Below are positions 53,001-63,969 of a stretch of DNA of 63,969 nt, in pieces. The notes under the pieces are model-generated. The model made no database searches, had not been told where the DNA came from, and worked only from the letters and a program-made list of their open reading frames with translations. A program made the position numbers and the translations under genes. Numbering within the stretch: position 1 is the stretch's first letter; every line of letters begins with the position of its first letter. This DNA is from Rhina ancylostomus (taxonomy: Eukaryota). The stretch lies in assembly GCA_030265395.1 (NCBI GenBank), contig JARFYF010000063.1, positions 84,830,892 through 84,894,860 on the forward strand, given 5' to 3'.

Positions 53001-53769
53001 ATTTAAATGTGACCTTTATTTCAAATGCTGATGCAAAATAAATCTGAGGCATCTTTGCACAACTGTACCCAGTATAATACAGGGGAGCATCACTATTGTA
53101 TCGTTATTAGAGGGGTAAAGGATGAAAAAGCTTTTGTGTATTTCTTTGTGTGGAATGCAAAGGCGACTGAAAGTTGAATGATGAGGGCAGTGAAAGTTTG
53201 TATCTCCATATCTATAGGATCCTGTGTGGGTGTGTGTAGTAGACTGGTCAATAGGCAGTAGACGTCAAATTACCAGACAAAGGGCAAGCTGTATCAGGAC
53301 CCCTGTCTGCTGGGAGACGGATGGGGAAAATACATTGTTTATTTTCCACTGAAACTGCTAGGCTAGATAAGCAAAAAGGAGACCTGGCAAAAGAGCAAGT
53401 GTAGTTAGTCTTACCATTATTTAGTAGAAGTTCAAATAATAAGAGTAAAATGTCTATGCACAATAAGTACTTTCGCATATGTGTGGCATTAAGAGTATTT
53501 ATTGCTCAGAAGTACATAAGCATTTTATCCTGAGGGAAAGGTATTCATAGGATACAATCACAAAATAATACCATAAACTATGCTTAATATTATCTTCAAG
53601 AGATTTTGGACATCAATGTGACTAACATATATGCACAATGGGAGAATTTAGAAACTTTACAAGCCATCTTTATGAGGGTATTTTTGTTTCTCTTTTCTTT
53701 GCGCCCCTCTCAAGTCTAGAGCTAACATGCAAATGTATGTCTTGCTTTTCCTTCGGGTAGTTTATTTCA

Positions 53770-54170
53770 GGAGATTGCAAAGTACTTTACAGCCAATGAA
53801 CTAGGTTGGAAGTTCAGTCTCTATTATAATGTAATAAACATGGAATCCAATGTTTTTTCTTCAATTCCCACAAATGGTAATGTGGCGACAACTGTATAAT
53901 TTGTTGCAGTGATCTTGATTGAGGGTTAAATGTTGTCCAGGGGACTGGGGAGAACTTCACTGCTCTTACTCAAAATGGTGCCAGACACTTCATGTCCGTG
54001 TGAAAGAAAAGCTGACAGGACCACAGTTTAAGGTCTTAATATAAAGAAAGCAGCTCAGACAGTGCAGCATTCCTTTGACACTACACTACAGATTCAGCCT
54101 GGGTTTTGTCTTTGGCCTCTGCAGTGGGCTTGACTCAGAGCCAAAAGAGCTACCAGCAGAACCATGGCTA
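53770..54170 (-). mobile_element. Near full-length Deu-domain SINE (SacSINE1/AmnSINE1-like)
   Basis: ttgaggg.taaa..ttg.ccagg..actggggagaact..ctgctctt; gacagtgcagca.tcc; tRNA-head remnant tgactcagag...agagctacca. Confidence 0.65.
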
Positions 54171-56189
54171 ACCACACACTATGTTCCCTGAAGGGTCTCC
54201 AATACTCCCTATTGCTTACTGCCAAGGTGGGCCTTAAATTACCACAAGCTACTTGCCTCGTTGTCCCTACTTTTTCTACTGGCAGACACCTGTCCTTATG
54301 CCAAGATCACATTACTGCAAACACACCCATTCATAAGTTCTGTGGAAAATTACAATCAAGAATAAACCATGTGCTAACCCCATGGAAATTTATCATTTTG
54401 TCTCTCTTCTGCTTGGAGCAGGTTGCTAAATATGTATTGCTCAATACCGAGCAGACTGATGGGATGAAAGTCTGGCCACTGGGAAGGTTTTATGGTTTTT
54501 AAATGTGTTTGTGTAGTCTCAAACCAGTTTGAAGTGGGTGTGAGCTCATAACATGTAATTGCCAGTAATTTAACCTTAATTATGTGTTTTGCTCAGAGAT
54601 GCCACAAAAAGATGGTTAGTGTGGGAAAAAAGAAATATTGCACTGGTCCAGTAAGTGTTGTTCAAGTGGAATTAGGATTAAGGGACATATTTGCTCTGTT
54701 AATAAATTGTCTGCATGTAACCGCTGCTTTGACAAAGTTGAAAGTGTTCAATACATGTAGAAAATTGTGTCACTACGCAATATTCATATCTCCCAATGTG
54801 ACATTCAAACACCCGCTTTCCTTCCCACCTCTTCTCCACCTCTGTTCTTTTCCAACAATTTCCCTCATTCCCAGCTCAATCAATCACCTTCACTGCATCA
54901 TAATGGCCCTGGACTCATTGCCAATAGGAATTGGATTAAGATTGTTCAAAAAAAGACAGAGTTCAGTAATCATAAAGGGTTTTGGGATGTCCTGAGATTA
55001 TGAAAGACTCAATGAAAGTGTAAGGTCTTTCTTTATGAGGCAGCCAGTAGACAATGAGACTTTCATTACAGTCAGGGCTGGGATCAAACCGGGTCAATGG
55101 TAAAAAGTGGAAAGCCAATGTCCAATCCGTGTGACTTTCTGTTACTACAGTTTTAATAATAGGGTGGTACAGTTACTTAATTTCTTCTGTGGGGGTTGTA
55201 TGTCGTCACAGAAGCAAGATATTTTTTGAAATTAACATTGCAATATTACTGTCAATAATGTGCTATTAAAACAAACTAGATTAAAATAAGCTTGGAGGGA
55301 ATTGCACTGGTCTCTATGGAGCAAAATGCCAACCAAAATGGTTTTACTACCTTGCCGCAGGTAACAACTAGATCATTGATGGTCCTACCATTGGAAACAC
55401 CGTGGAACAAAAGATCTACACAAATTTTTACCCCTTTTTTTACAAAATTGAAAAGTATTGCATTTATATTCTACACCATGCAAATTATCTTCATTTCTTT
55501 GAAAGTCTCCATTTTCTTTTGTTTGATTATGTTATTATTTTGCATTCCTGATATTAGGGTCTTCAGATTAGTTAATACCTTGGCAAAAACAGCTGGTAAA
55601 TACACTTTCAATAAAGTTTCAACTGCTAACATTTGCACAATGTAATTTCAAGGCCTGGTTGTCCACTGTGATGTTTTATCTTTGATATTTTGAAGGCATC
55701 TACTTTCAGTAGCAGAGTTTCCTGTACACGTGACCTTGTATGCAAATTGAAATGGTTAAGAGATGGAAGGATGTAGTCATATAATGGAAGGTCAGGGAAT
55801 TGGCTCAGAATTTATTAGTTGGATGCATTACCTGTGCATGTTGTACAAGAAAGAGGCTTTGAATTTCCATCCACAGTTTTAATTCACTAATCATCTCCAT
55901 ACTAGTTATAAATATTGATCATATATTTTGTCTGTCACTTTCCACTTAATCTATATGTATATCATATAGATTATATGTATCAAACACAAATAGATCATAA
56001 CAATTGCTGTTTGAAAGGTCTGTTACGTTATTTCATGAATAGTACAATGGTGAATTTTACTTCCTGATTTACTCTGTTTTCTCCCTCATATTTATCAGTT
56101 TTAATCTTGTTCCACTCATTATTTCTATCATAATCATTCTACTCTTTTAAATCTAAATTCTATGTCTCTAAGAATTACCTTGTTATAAC

Positions 56190-56375
56190 CTTGCACCTTA
56201 TTGTCCACCTGCACTGCACTTTCTCTGGAACTGTAACATCTCTATTCTGCATTCTGTTATTGCTTTACCTTGTACTATCTCGATGCACCGTGTAATGAAT
56301 TGGCCTGTATGAATGGTATGCAAGACAAGTTTTTCACTGTATCTTGGTACATGTGACAATAATATTCCAATGCCT
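56190..56375 (+). mobile_element. Non-LTR retroelement 3' end fragment
   Basis: ...gcaagacaagtttttcactgta.cttggtacatgtgacaataat; same family as 49080-49215. Confidence 0.6.
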
Positions 56376-57727
56376 TTTTTTGTGAATATCTGTCTTTCTG
56401 ATTTCCCTAAAATCTGTGGCACAGGAATGACTTTAAAGCTGCAGAGATAAACCACACTCTATTGTGTTGTAATAATCTGAGGTTTTTACAAACAACATTT
56501 ACAAAAAGTTGTTTATAGTGGTTGTCAATTTAAGAAGTCAGGCACTGTTTTAGTACTGTTAGGCATCATTAAGTGCCTTCTGTACAATAATTTGCAACAT
56601 TAGTGCTTTGTGCAAACACAATTGAATTCTATTTTCCTCTTTTGGTAGTTTTTAGCTATTTCAGCGACAGTTGTTGTGTTTGAACAGTGCTTTTAATATA
56701 TTAAAATACCCAGAGGCACTTACATCACAGGACTATCGGAATTTGATACTGAATTATACAAGAAGGTACTAGGGCAAATTTAAAATCCCAAAAGGTAGGC
56801 TTAAAGGAGAATCTCAAAGAGGAGAACTGTGGGTCAGAAAGTCCAGGGTGAATGGATGAACAGGAATTGATAAGTTTTGCATGATTTTATATTTATCAAG
56901 GAGGGTCTACTGGAATAGTCAAATCAAGGGGATGTGAAGATAGGGTTTCAGCAACAGATAAACTGATGTGATAAAAGTATCTGATAGTATTATATCAACA
57001 TTACAATGTACAAGAAAATTAGGTTCTAATTAGACAACATTTCATACCATGTTCTAATCCTATATTCTTTAATCTCATCCTTCGTCTGAAAGCCACCTAG
57101 ACCACTACCTTGAGTTTACTGATAGCATCCATCCCGATCATCTCCCAATGAGCCAGTTCTATGTTTCCACAGGAATGTGTAAATCTAAACCATTTGACTT
57201 TTGCATCTCAGTTTGTGATTGTGTCCTGTGGTTGTAGAGCTTGTAATTATGATCAACAACTCAGTAGAACTAAATTTCTCATGCCCCATGGAACAATAAA
57301 ATCACAAGTTCTGCCTTAAGGCTTATTTTATTCATCATGGATGTTCCCCATTTTTTTCATAGCACAGGTAGTTAAACCAAAGGTTAGTTTTTTTTTTATC
57401 CACTCTAGGGATTGGGCATGACCAGTGAGGCCTAACTCTAATTACCCTTGAACAGGTGGTGGTGAGTGGCCATTCTTTTTGAATCGCTACAGACTTTATT
57501 GTGAATGGGCACCCACTGTGCTGGTGGATAAGGAGTTCTAGGATTTTGATCTCATTGACCTGCTGCTTTTGGCCTTCTAGGTGGTAGAGATCATGGATTT
57601 GGGAGGTGCTATACTTGAAGCCTCAGCAAGTTGCTTCATTGCATAGTGTAGATGCAATCCAGGCTGCAACTAGCTGTTCTTGCTTTACTTCAGAGAGCTG
57701 TGAAAATCCAAACAAATTGCATGCTGG

Positions 57728-58173
57728 CATAACATAGAATACTACAGCACAGTACAGGCACTTCGGCCTACAATGTTGTGCTGACATTTTATCCTGCTCT
57801 AAGATCTATCTAACCCTTCCCTCCCACATAGCCACCTATTTTTCTATCATTCGTGTGTCTATCTAAGAGTCTCTTAAATGTCCCTAATGTATATGCCCCC
57901 ACAACCTCTGCCGGCAGTGTGTTGCACACACCCACCACTCTGTGTTTAAAAAAAACTTATCCCTGACATACCCCTCATACCTTCCTCCAATCACCTTAAA
58001 ATTATGCCCCCTCGTGTTAGCCATTGTCACACTGGGAAAAAGTCTCTGGCTGTCCTCTTGATCAATGCCTCTTATCATCTTGTACCCCTGTATCAAGTCA
58101 CCTCTCATCCTCCTCCTCTCCAAAGAGGAAAGCCCTAGCTTGCTCAACCTATCCTCATAAGACAACCTATCCT
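57728..58173 (-). mobile_element. CR1-like LINE 3' end (C-terminal ORF2 remnant)
   Basis: ORF 57884-58165 SYEDRLSKLGLSSLERRRMRGDLIQGYK...TRGHNFK is the typical CR1 ORF2 C-terminus; truncated by an N gap. Confidence 0.88.
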
Positions 58174-60789
58174 NNNNNNNNNNNNNNNNNNNNNNNNNNN
58201 NNNNNNNNNNNNNNNNNNNNNNNNNNNNNNNNNNNNNNNNNNNNNNNNNNNNNNNNNNNNNNNNNNNNNNNNNNNNNNNNNNNNNNNNNNNNNNNNNNNN
58301 NNNNNNNNNNNNNNNNNNNNNNNNNNNNNNNNNNNNNNNNNNNNNNNNNNNNCAGGTTTATTATTGTGTTCTTGTAAATGTGTTTAATCAAACTGTCTAT
58401 ATACATGATTACCATACACACACAATACGTTACTTTCTCCTTCCACACTAATAGAAAGAAATCTGCCATTGGAATATTTCCATCAGCCAGAATGTGTATA
58501 TTTCAACAGTCATTTTAAATTAAATCTGAGTAAAAATATATTATAATGAAACATAGCTAACCTTAAGCAGTCTACTTACTAATTGCTGAGAGAATTGTTT
58601 GCAGTCCAATGTATTCTAGTGGTATTGAAGCAATTTAAAACTGTACAAGAGGGCCTACCTATAGTGAAAGAGTGGAATCAATAAAGCAGAAACATTGCCA
58701 GTGGGGGCTTCATAGAGAAATTCATGTCTGTGCACAAGAGTTGCCCTGATAAGTATAAGTGATCCCTCAAACAGCTTTCAACTCAAAACAATGCTTAATC
58801 ACGATAACCTTTCATTATTCAATCTTTGTCAGCCTTACTGAAATTCACACCTCTTGTAGTATTGCAGTTATCAGGTGAAAATTCTTTATTTAATGAAGTG
58901 AGATTTAATTATTGTGCCCTTCCAGTAACATGTATCAAACTGTTCTTGAGATCACTTTCAATACTGGGATCAAGGGTTATAATGTATTTAATTGAAGCAT
59001 TTATATTGTCCTATGTCTCATTATTTCCTGACTAATTCTTTTCTTGGCACTGCTGTTGCAGGGAATATTGCCCTAATAGTCAATACACCTGGGCTGGCCT
59101 GATAGCAAAATCTTGTTTCCTACATTGTGTTTTTATTCCTGAAGTGATCTTATTTAAGGAAATAGAAGGCAATTGCTGTTTTTTTTGCATGAGCTTTTTT
59201 TTACAATTTGAGACATTCCTATGACAGGACAGGCAGTCGCAGAGGGAGTGGTTGCAGTCTTCTGTCACAGATTGCTCCTACTTGCAGGTAATTCATGGCA
59301 GTTGACCCGTGAATTTCCTTGCAATATGATATTCTTCTTCTAAAACAGAGGGTTTGCTTGGAAGTTAATAATCTTTGGCTCTCATATACCGCCTCCACTG
59401 TCCACAATCACCCTCTGCCAAATTATATACTTGTGAATGAGAATGATGCCTCACATTAGTAACCTGTTCTTTTGCACTAATACATTTAATCCATACTATT
59501 TCAGATCCTATAATGGTACTTTAGAATTCTAAAATGAATCTCACAATGTACGGATTGAAAATGAGATATTTCATTAGGTTGGAACACGTGCAGTAGGTAG
59601 ATTTTTTTTAAAGTTTGTGTTCCAGCACATGGATTCCATCTCACCACAGATATTAAAATATACATCCCTCGCAGCTTATAAATTCCATTTTGACATGGGG
59701 TAACTCAACCCCAGCATTTGGGATCAATCTGCATTCCCTATCATTTTGAGATATGAACCAAAGGATCTTCTGTAGCATTCCAAATTATTAGTACTGTGAA
59801 AGCATTGACAAGCGTTCGTTGCTGCTCATACCAGGCTAGCATCAACTAATTGACTGCAATTTTGAAGGTCAAAGCAGCACCTAAAAAATCCAGTCTGCAT
59901 CTAGCAGGTCACTTGTGTATGCCAGTTACAAAGTCTGTTGGTACTTCAGATACTGAAGCCATTGTTACAATTTCAGTTCTACTCATTACTAGCCAGCACT
60001 TATGGAGGTGGAGTTGTAAGTTCAAGAGCAAGTGATGCTTACAAGGGTAAATCATGGTGAAATTAAGTATTAGCCACTTATTTTAAGACTGCTAATGCAG
60101 CGAAGGATTCAACCTGTTTCATATTTGATTGTAAGAACATTATGTGTTCACAGAATTCCTACAAGAAACACAATGGGTTGAATGGCCTTCAGTTCTGTAA
60201 AATTCTGTGAAGTTAATCTCAAACATAAAAATGAGACAGATTGACAGAATAGGATTGTGTTCTATTGGAGTAATGAGGATAAGTTAAATTTGTGTGGTAC
60301 TATGGGGAAAAAGAACCAAAAGTTTATCAGGAATAGAAATGAAAACTAATTCAGTAAATCGATAACAATCTTAGTACTGAAAGAACATTTTTGAATCTGA
60401 GAAAGAGGTGCTGGAAGCATCATATTCTTTAATATTTTCATAGGTTCAAACATTTATAATTTTAAATCATTTTTGTTTTATTTAAATAAGCCATGTGTGC
60501 TTTTGTTTTAATAGGGAAGTAGTTGATAACCTAATTTGCATGAATTTAATTTTGTCAGTATAATAAGAGTTGATTTTCTCAGAACAAAAACTAAATGCAG
60601 TTCCATAATGTGATAGTTGCACAGCAGAAAACCAGCCATGATCTTATCGAATGGTGAAGCAGGAACAAAGAGCTGAATGGTCCACTCTGCTTCTAAGGAC
60701 ACCTTTCATTCCATCAGGCTCCCAACAGATGAAATTACATCAGTCCCATTGCCTTCCTTCTTGTTTCCCTGCATCCCAGCAACTTCTTT

Positions 60790-60980
60790 CTCATGTGCCC
60801 ATCAACACCCATTTGATTCTTATTGCCATGTTCCTGCACTATTGCCACCTACCTGTATATCTTTGGAATGTGGGACGAAACCAGAGCACCTGGGAGAAAC
60901 TCATGAGGTCGTGGGAAGAATGTGCAAACTTCACATAGACAGCACTGGAGGTCAGGATAAAACCTGGGTCCCTAGAGACA
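60790..60980 (-). mobile_element. V-SINE/HE1-like fragment
   Basis: tctttggaatgtgggacgaaaccagagcacc.gg.agaaac.ca...gaatgtgcaaact.cacatagacagcac. Confidence 0.65.
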
Positions 60981-61190
60981 TGATGCTCTTATATTTAATC
61001 AAAATACTGGATTGCAGGAAAAATTTGACTGGTATATGGGACAGCAAGAATTTGACTTTATATAGTATGTTTAATGGAAGGAATGTCTTAGGATGGCTCA
61101 GATGTAGTTTCTGGGTCAAAGAGCTGGCCTTATAGGCAGTTTTTGAAACAATGAGATAGTGAGGCTTGGAGACAGAATTACTGGGAGTAT

Positions 61191-61435
61191 GGGTGGCACG
61201 GTAGTGTAGTGGTTAGCACAACGCTATTAAAGCACCAGCGACCCAGGGTTCGATTCCCGCCGCTGCCTGTAAGGAGTTTGTACATTCTCCCGTGTCTGCG
61301 TGGGTTTCCTCCGGGTGCTCCAGTTTCCTCCCACATTCCAATGACATACAGGTAGGTTAATTTGGGGTTTAAAATGGGCGGCGCGGACTCGTTGGGCTGG
61401 AAGGGTCTGTTACCACGCTGTAAATAAAATTTAAA
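61191..61435 (+). mobile_element. tRNA-derived V-SINE/HE1-like SINE, well preserved
   Basis: Pol III A box TAGTGTAGTGG (61202-61212), B box GGTTCGATTCC (61247-61257), core gtgggtttcctccgggtgctccagtttcctcccacattcc, LINE-like tail gggctggaagggtctgt, A/T-rich end. Confidence 0.85.
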
Positions 61436-62460
61436 TGACTTGGGCAGCTGAAGGATCTTGTCAAATGTGGAGGAAAAAAATGCTAATGCATCCTTAGCAA
61501 TGGTATTGGGGTTAATAAGGCTGGGGCACGGATGATGGAACAGAAAAGTCTAGACAAGGGTGTTGCCATTAAATTCAGCATGTTGAGATCAGATCAATAA
61601 TGTCACTGTAATGGGTTGGCATAACTTAGTGTGGGGCAGATAGGAAATAGTGAGGATAGGGAGAAGATGGAGGAAGGAAGTAGTTTAGTCTGAAGGTGAG
61701 AAAGGTGTACTTGGACTTAGAGCATTTATTAATAACACAGTCTTAGACATCGATTGGAAGTGGGACAGGATGCAGGTCCGGGCTCAAAGCAAGCAGTCTA
61801 TTGTGCATTAAACAAAATTAGTGTACTCAGAAAGAAGGTCTATTTAAAGAGTGAAGGAAACAAAAATTACAACTGTTTCCACTAGTAAAAGCAGGGTACT
61901 TTCCTGTTTAAAAATGCAGTAAGTGGAGGATACTTTTTTTTTTAACAATTATTTGCATAACCTCAATCTCTGGCAACCAAAATTACTCCACAAGGAAATC
62001 CCTCTACCTTCAGTCCTCTGACTCGCTGTAGTACTGACACGATATGCAGCTTCAGATTTCAGTGGTGGGAGGAGTGTGTGATGCCTAGAGTGGACAAAGC
62101 TACAGAGGTAAAATTATTCAGTGTATATGGCAGAGAGGGTAGGTGTTTGAAGCACAGCTCATGATAAAGCATGCCTGTTCCTCAGAAGACTAGTCAGTAT
62201 GGGATAAGTATTTAATGGAATTGAGATCTGATTTTGTAGTGGGCGGAAGGCAATGGCTTTGGTCCTTTAACTGTAGAACTGTAAGAAGATGATGCTCATG
62301 CAAGATTCACTTTGGACACACAGACAAAGAGTGTAGAAATGTTTAAGGATTAGGCAGCTGATGGAGAGATGGAGTGTGCCCCTTATCTACTGTTAACATT
62401 GTTCAGAGAACAGGGTTTCACTGAATAAGCAGAAAGGCTGACAACCACTTATATAAACTC

Positions 62461-62681
62461 ACACGAAATGCTGGAGGAACTCAGCAGGTCAGGCAGCATC
62501 TATGGAGGGAAATAAACAGTCGACATTTCGGGTCGAGACCTTTCACCAGTCCTGATGAAGGGTCTCGATCAGAAATGTCGACTGTTTATATCCCTCCATT
62601 GATGCTGCCTGACCTGCTGATTTCCTCCAGCATTTTGTGTATTGCTCCAGATTCTAGCATCTGCAGAATATCTTGTGTCTC
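62461..62681. repeat. Inverted repeat (89-bp arms, 2-nt spacer) of a Penelope-like terminal repeat
   Basis: 62461-62549 versus the reverse complement of 62552-62640: 81/89 identical by hand count; the right copy continues into the tail ctccagattctagcatctgcag. Confidence 0.85.
62547..62584 (+). ncRNA. Minimal type-I hammerhead ribozyme-like motif (probably decayed)
   Basis: cagtc-CTGATGA-(stem II)-GAAA-t-GTC-gactg; cagtc and gactg pair as stem I. Confidence 0.55.
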
Positions 62682-63214
62682 AATAATATAAACTTTTGTT
62701 TCAGGTGCTCTAGATGGATTCAATGGAACGAATTGAAGATGGAGTCACAAAGTTGGACCCTGAAGCAAGAATGGTTGTTTTTCTTTGTTTGGCTTGGGCA
62801 GTGTCTGCTGCCTTGAGAGTCTTACACCCCCACAATTACATAAAAGATACTGAATGCTGGAGTTGGAGGGTGAAGAGAAATAATTTATCATAGAAGCTGT
62901 TACAGAGGGTCTGCAAGGCCTTGAGCTTCTAGTTGCTTGTCACTTTAATTCTCCACCCTGACCCCTGTTCATGGCCTCTTGCACAGTTCCAACAAAGTGC
63001 AACATAGGATCAAAGAAAACCAACTGATCTCCCATCTTGGCATATGCTGGCCTTAGGGCTCAATATTAAATTCAATAATTTCAGATAACCAAAACTGGGC
63101 ACTGCTGGTGTAAGAGCAGTGAATCCTGAGTGTTCTGGGAGGGATGAGGCTGGTTTTTTGGGGAGAGGGCAGCAGGATTGGTGTTCTGGGTCAATGGCCT
63201 CTCATGTCAGTGGA

Positions 63215-63680
63215 GGTCATTGACCTGGGCTCTGAGTTCTGCTTCTCTCTGTCCACGGATGCTGCCCGGCCTGCTGAACATTCCTGCATTTTCTGTTTTT
63301 GCTTCAGATTTCCAGCACCTGCAGTTTGCTGCTTTTCAATCCTCGGCCAGATCTGATGTCACTCAATTTTTCTCCCCCAGAGGATGCTGCCCGACCTGCT
63401 GAGCTTTCCCAGCATTTCCCTTTATTTCAGATGTCTAGTGCCTGTTCTGTGTTACCCAGTTCCAGCATGTTTTTCTCCCTCTTCTGTCCTCCTCTGATTT
63501 ATGCCTTGCCCCTGGCAGATTAGCCGCCGTTGACAAGCCATCGGCACCTCCTGGTTGACACTAGTCTGTGCTATCCATTTTCTCTTGGTCTCTACCCTTT
63601 CAGACATTCCCTTTGCTCTTTTCACCCCTCCTCATTCTCTGCAACTTAAAATGTGCCAGTTTCCTAAGTTTTTCTTGTTA
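63215..63680 (+). repeat. Cluster of decayed Penelope-like repeat fragments
   Basis: Two copies of gatgctgccc..cctgctga...cagcattt...ttcagat, related to 62600-62665. Confidence 0.6.
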
Positions 63681-63698
63681 TATGAAAAAAAAATTTCA

Positions 63699-63969
63699 AT
63701 AGAGGTGTATAAAAACACAAGAGGCATAGACAAGGTGAATGCACTCAGTTTTCTTCCCAGTGTTGTGGAATCAAGAACTAGAGAGCATTGGCTTAAAGTG
63801 GGAGGGGAAAGAATTAATAGAAACTTGAGGGGCAAATTTTTTACACAAATGGTGGTACCCATGTAGAATGAGCTGCCAGAGGAAGTGGTTGAGGCAGGTA
63901 CAATAACAACATTTAAAAGACATTTGGACAGATATATGGATTAGAAAGGTTTAGATAATTATGGGCCAA
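63699..63969 (+). mobile_element. CR1-like LINE 3' fragment (runs off the window)
   Basis: IEVYKNTRGIDKVN...SRTREHWLKVGGE...LRGKFFTQ, followed by gagctgccagaggaagtggttgaggcaggtacaata. Confidence 0.85.

Noticed and set aside
49080-56375. Inverted pair of similar sequences ~7 kb apart, resembling transposon TIRs
   Set aside because: Both look like independent 3' ends of a common retroelement in opposite orientations. There is no transposase remnant between them and no TSD.
61191-61265. tRNA-like sequence with A and B boxes
   Set aside because: It is the head of a SINE and continues into the V-SINE core; there is no convincing cloverleaf.

Overview
Eukaryotic (vertebrate) genomic DNA, AT-rich, with many N gaps. 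The repeats (CR1/HER1-type LINE ends, V-SINE/HE1-type and Deu-domain SINEs, Penelope-like repeats) suggest a cartilaginous fish, probably a batoid; this is inference. The window holds one complete protein-coding gene, jagged1 (JAG1, Notch ligand), on the minus strand. I reconstructed all 26 coding exons by hand (ATG 46170 to TAG 7074). Every intron is GT-AG and the phases are consistent, giving a 3636-nt CDS (1211 aa). Domains: signal peptide, C2/MNNL, DSL, 16 EGF repeats, cysteine-rich/vWC region, TM helix and a PDZ-binding C-terminus (..HMEYIV). A ~1.6-kb 3'UTR carries many miRNA seed matches and ends at poly(A) signals near 5.5 kb. Positions 1-5.4 kb and 47-64 kb are non-coding and repeat-rich. 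I found no new multi-gene system. The best second-look items are (i) an 89-bp-arm palindrome built from two head-to-head Penelope-like repeats carrying a minimal hammerhead-ribozyme motif, and (ii) an out-of-frame upstream ORF overlapping the JAG1 start that appears, from my memory of the human mRNA, to be conserved. Repeat boundaries are approximate, and comparisons with human sequence are from memory, not from alignment.
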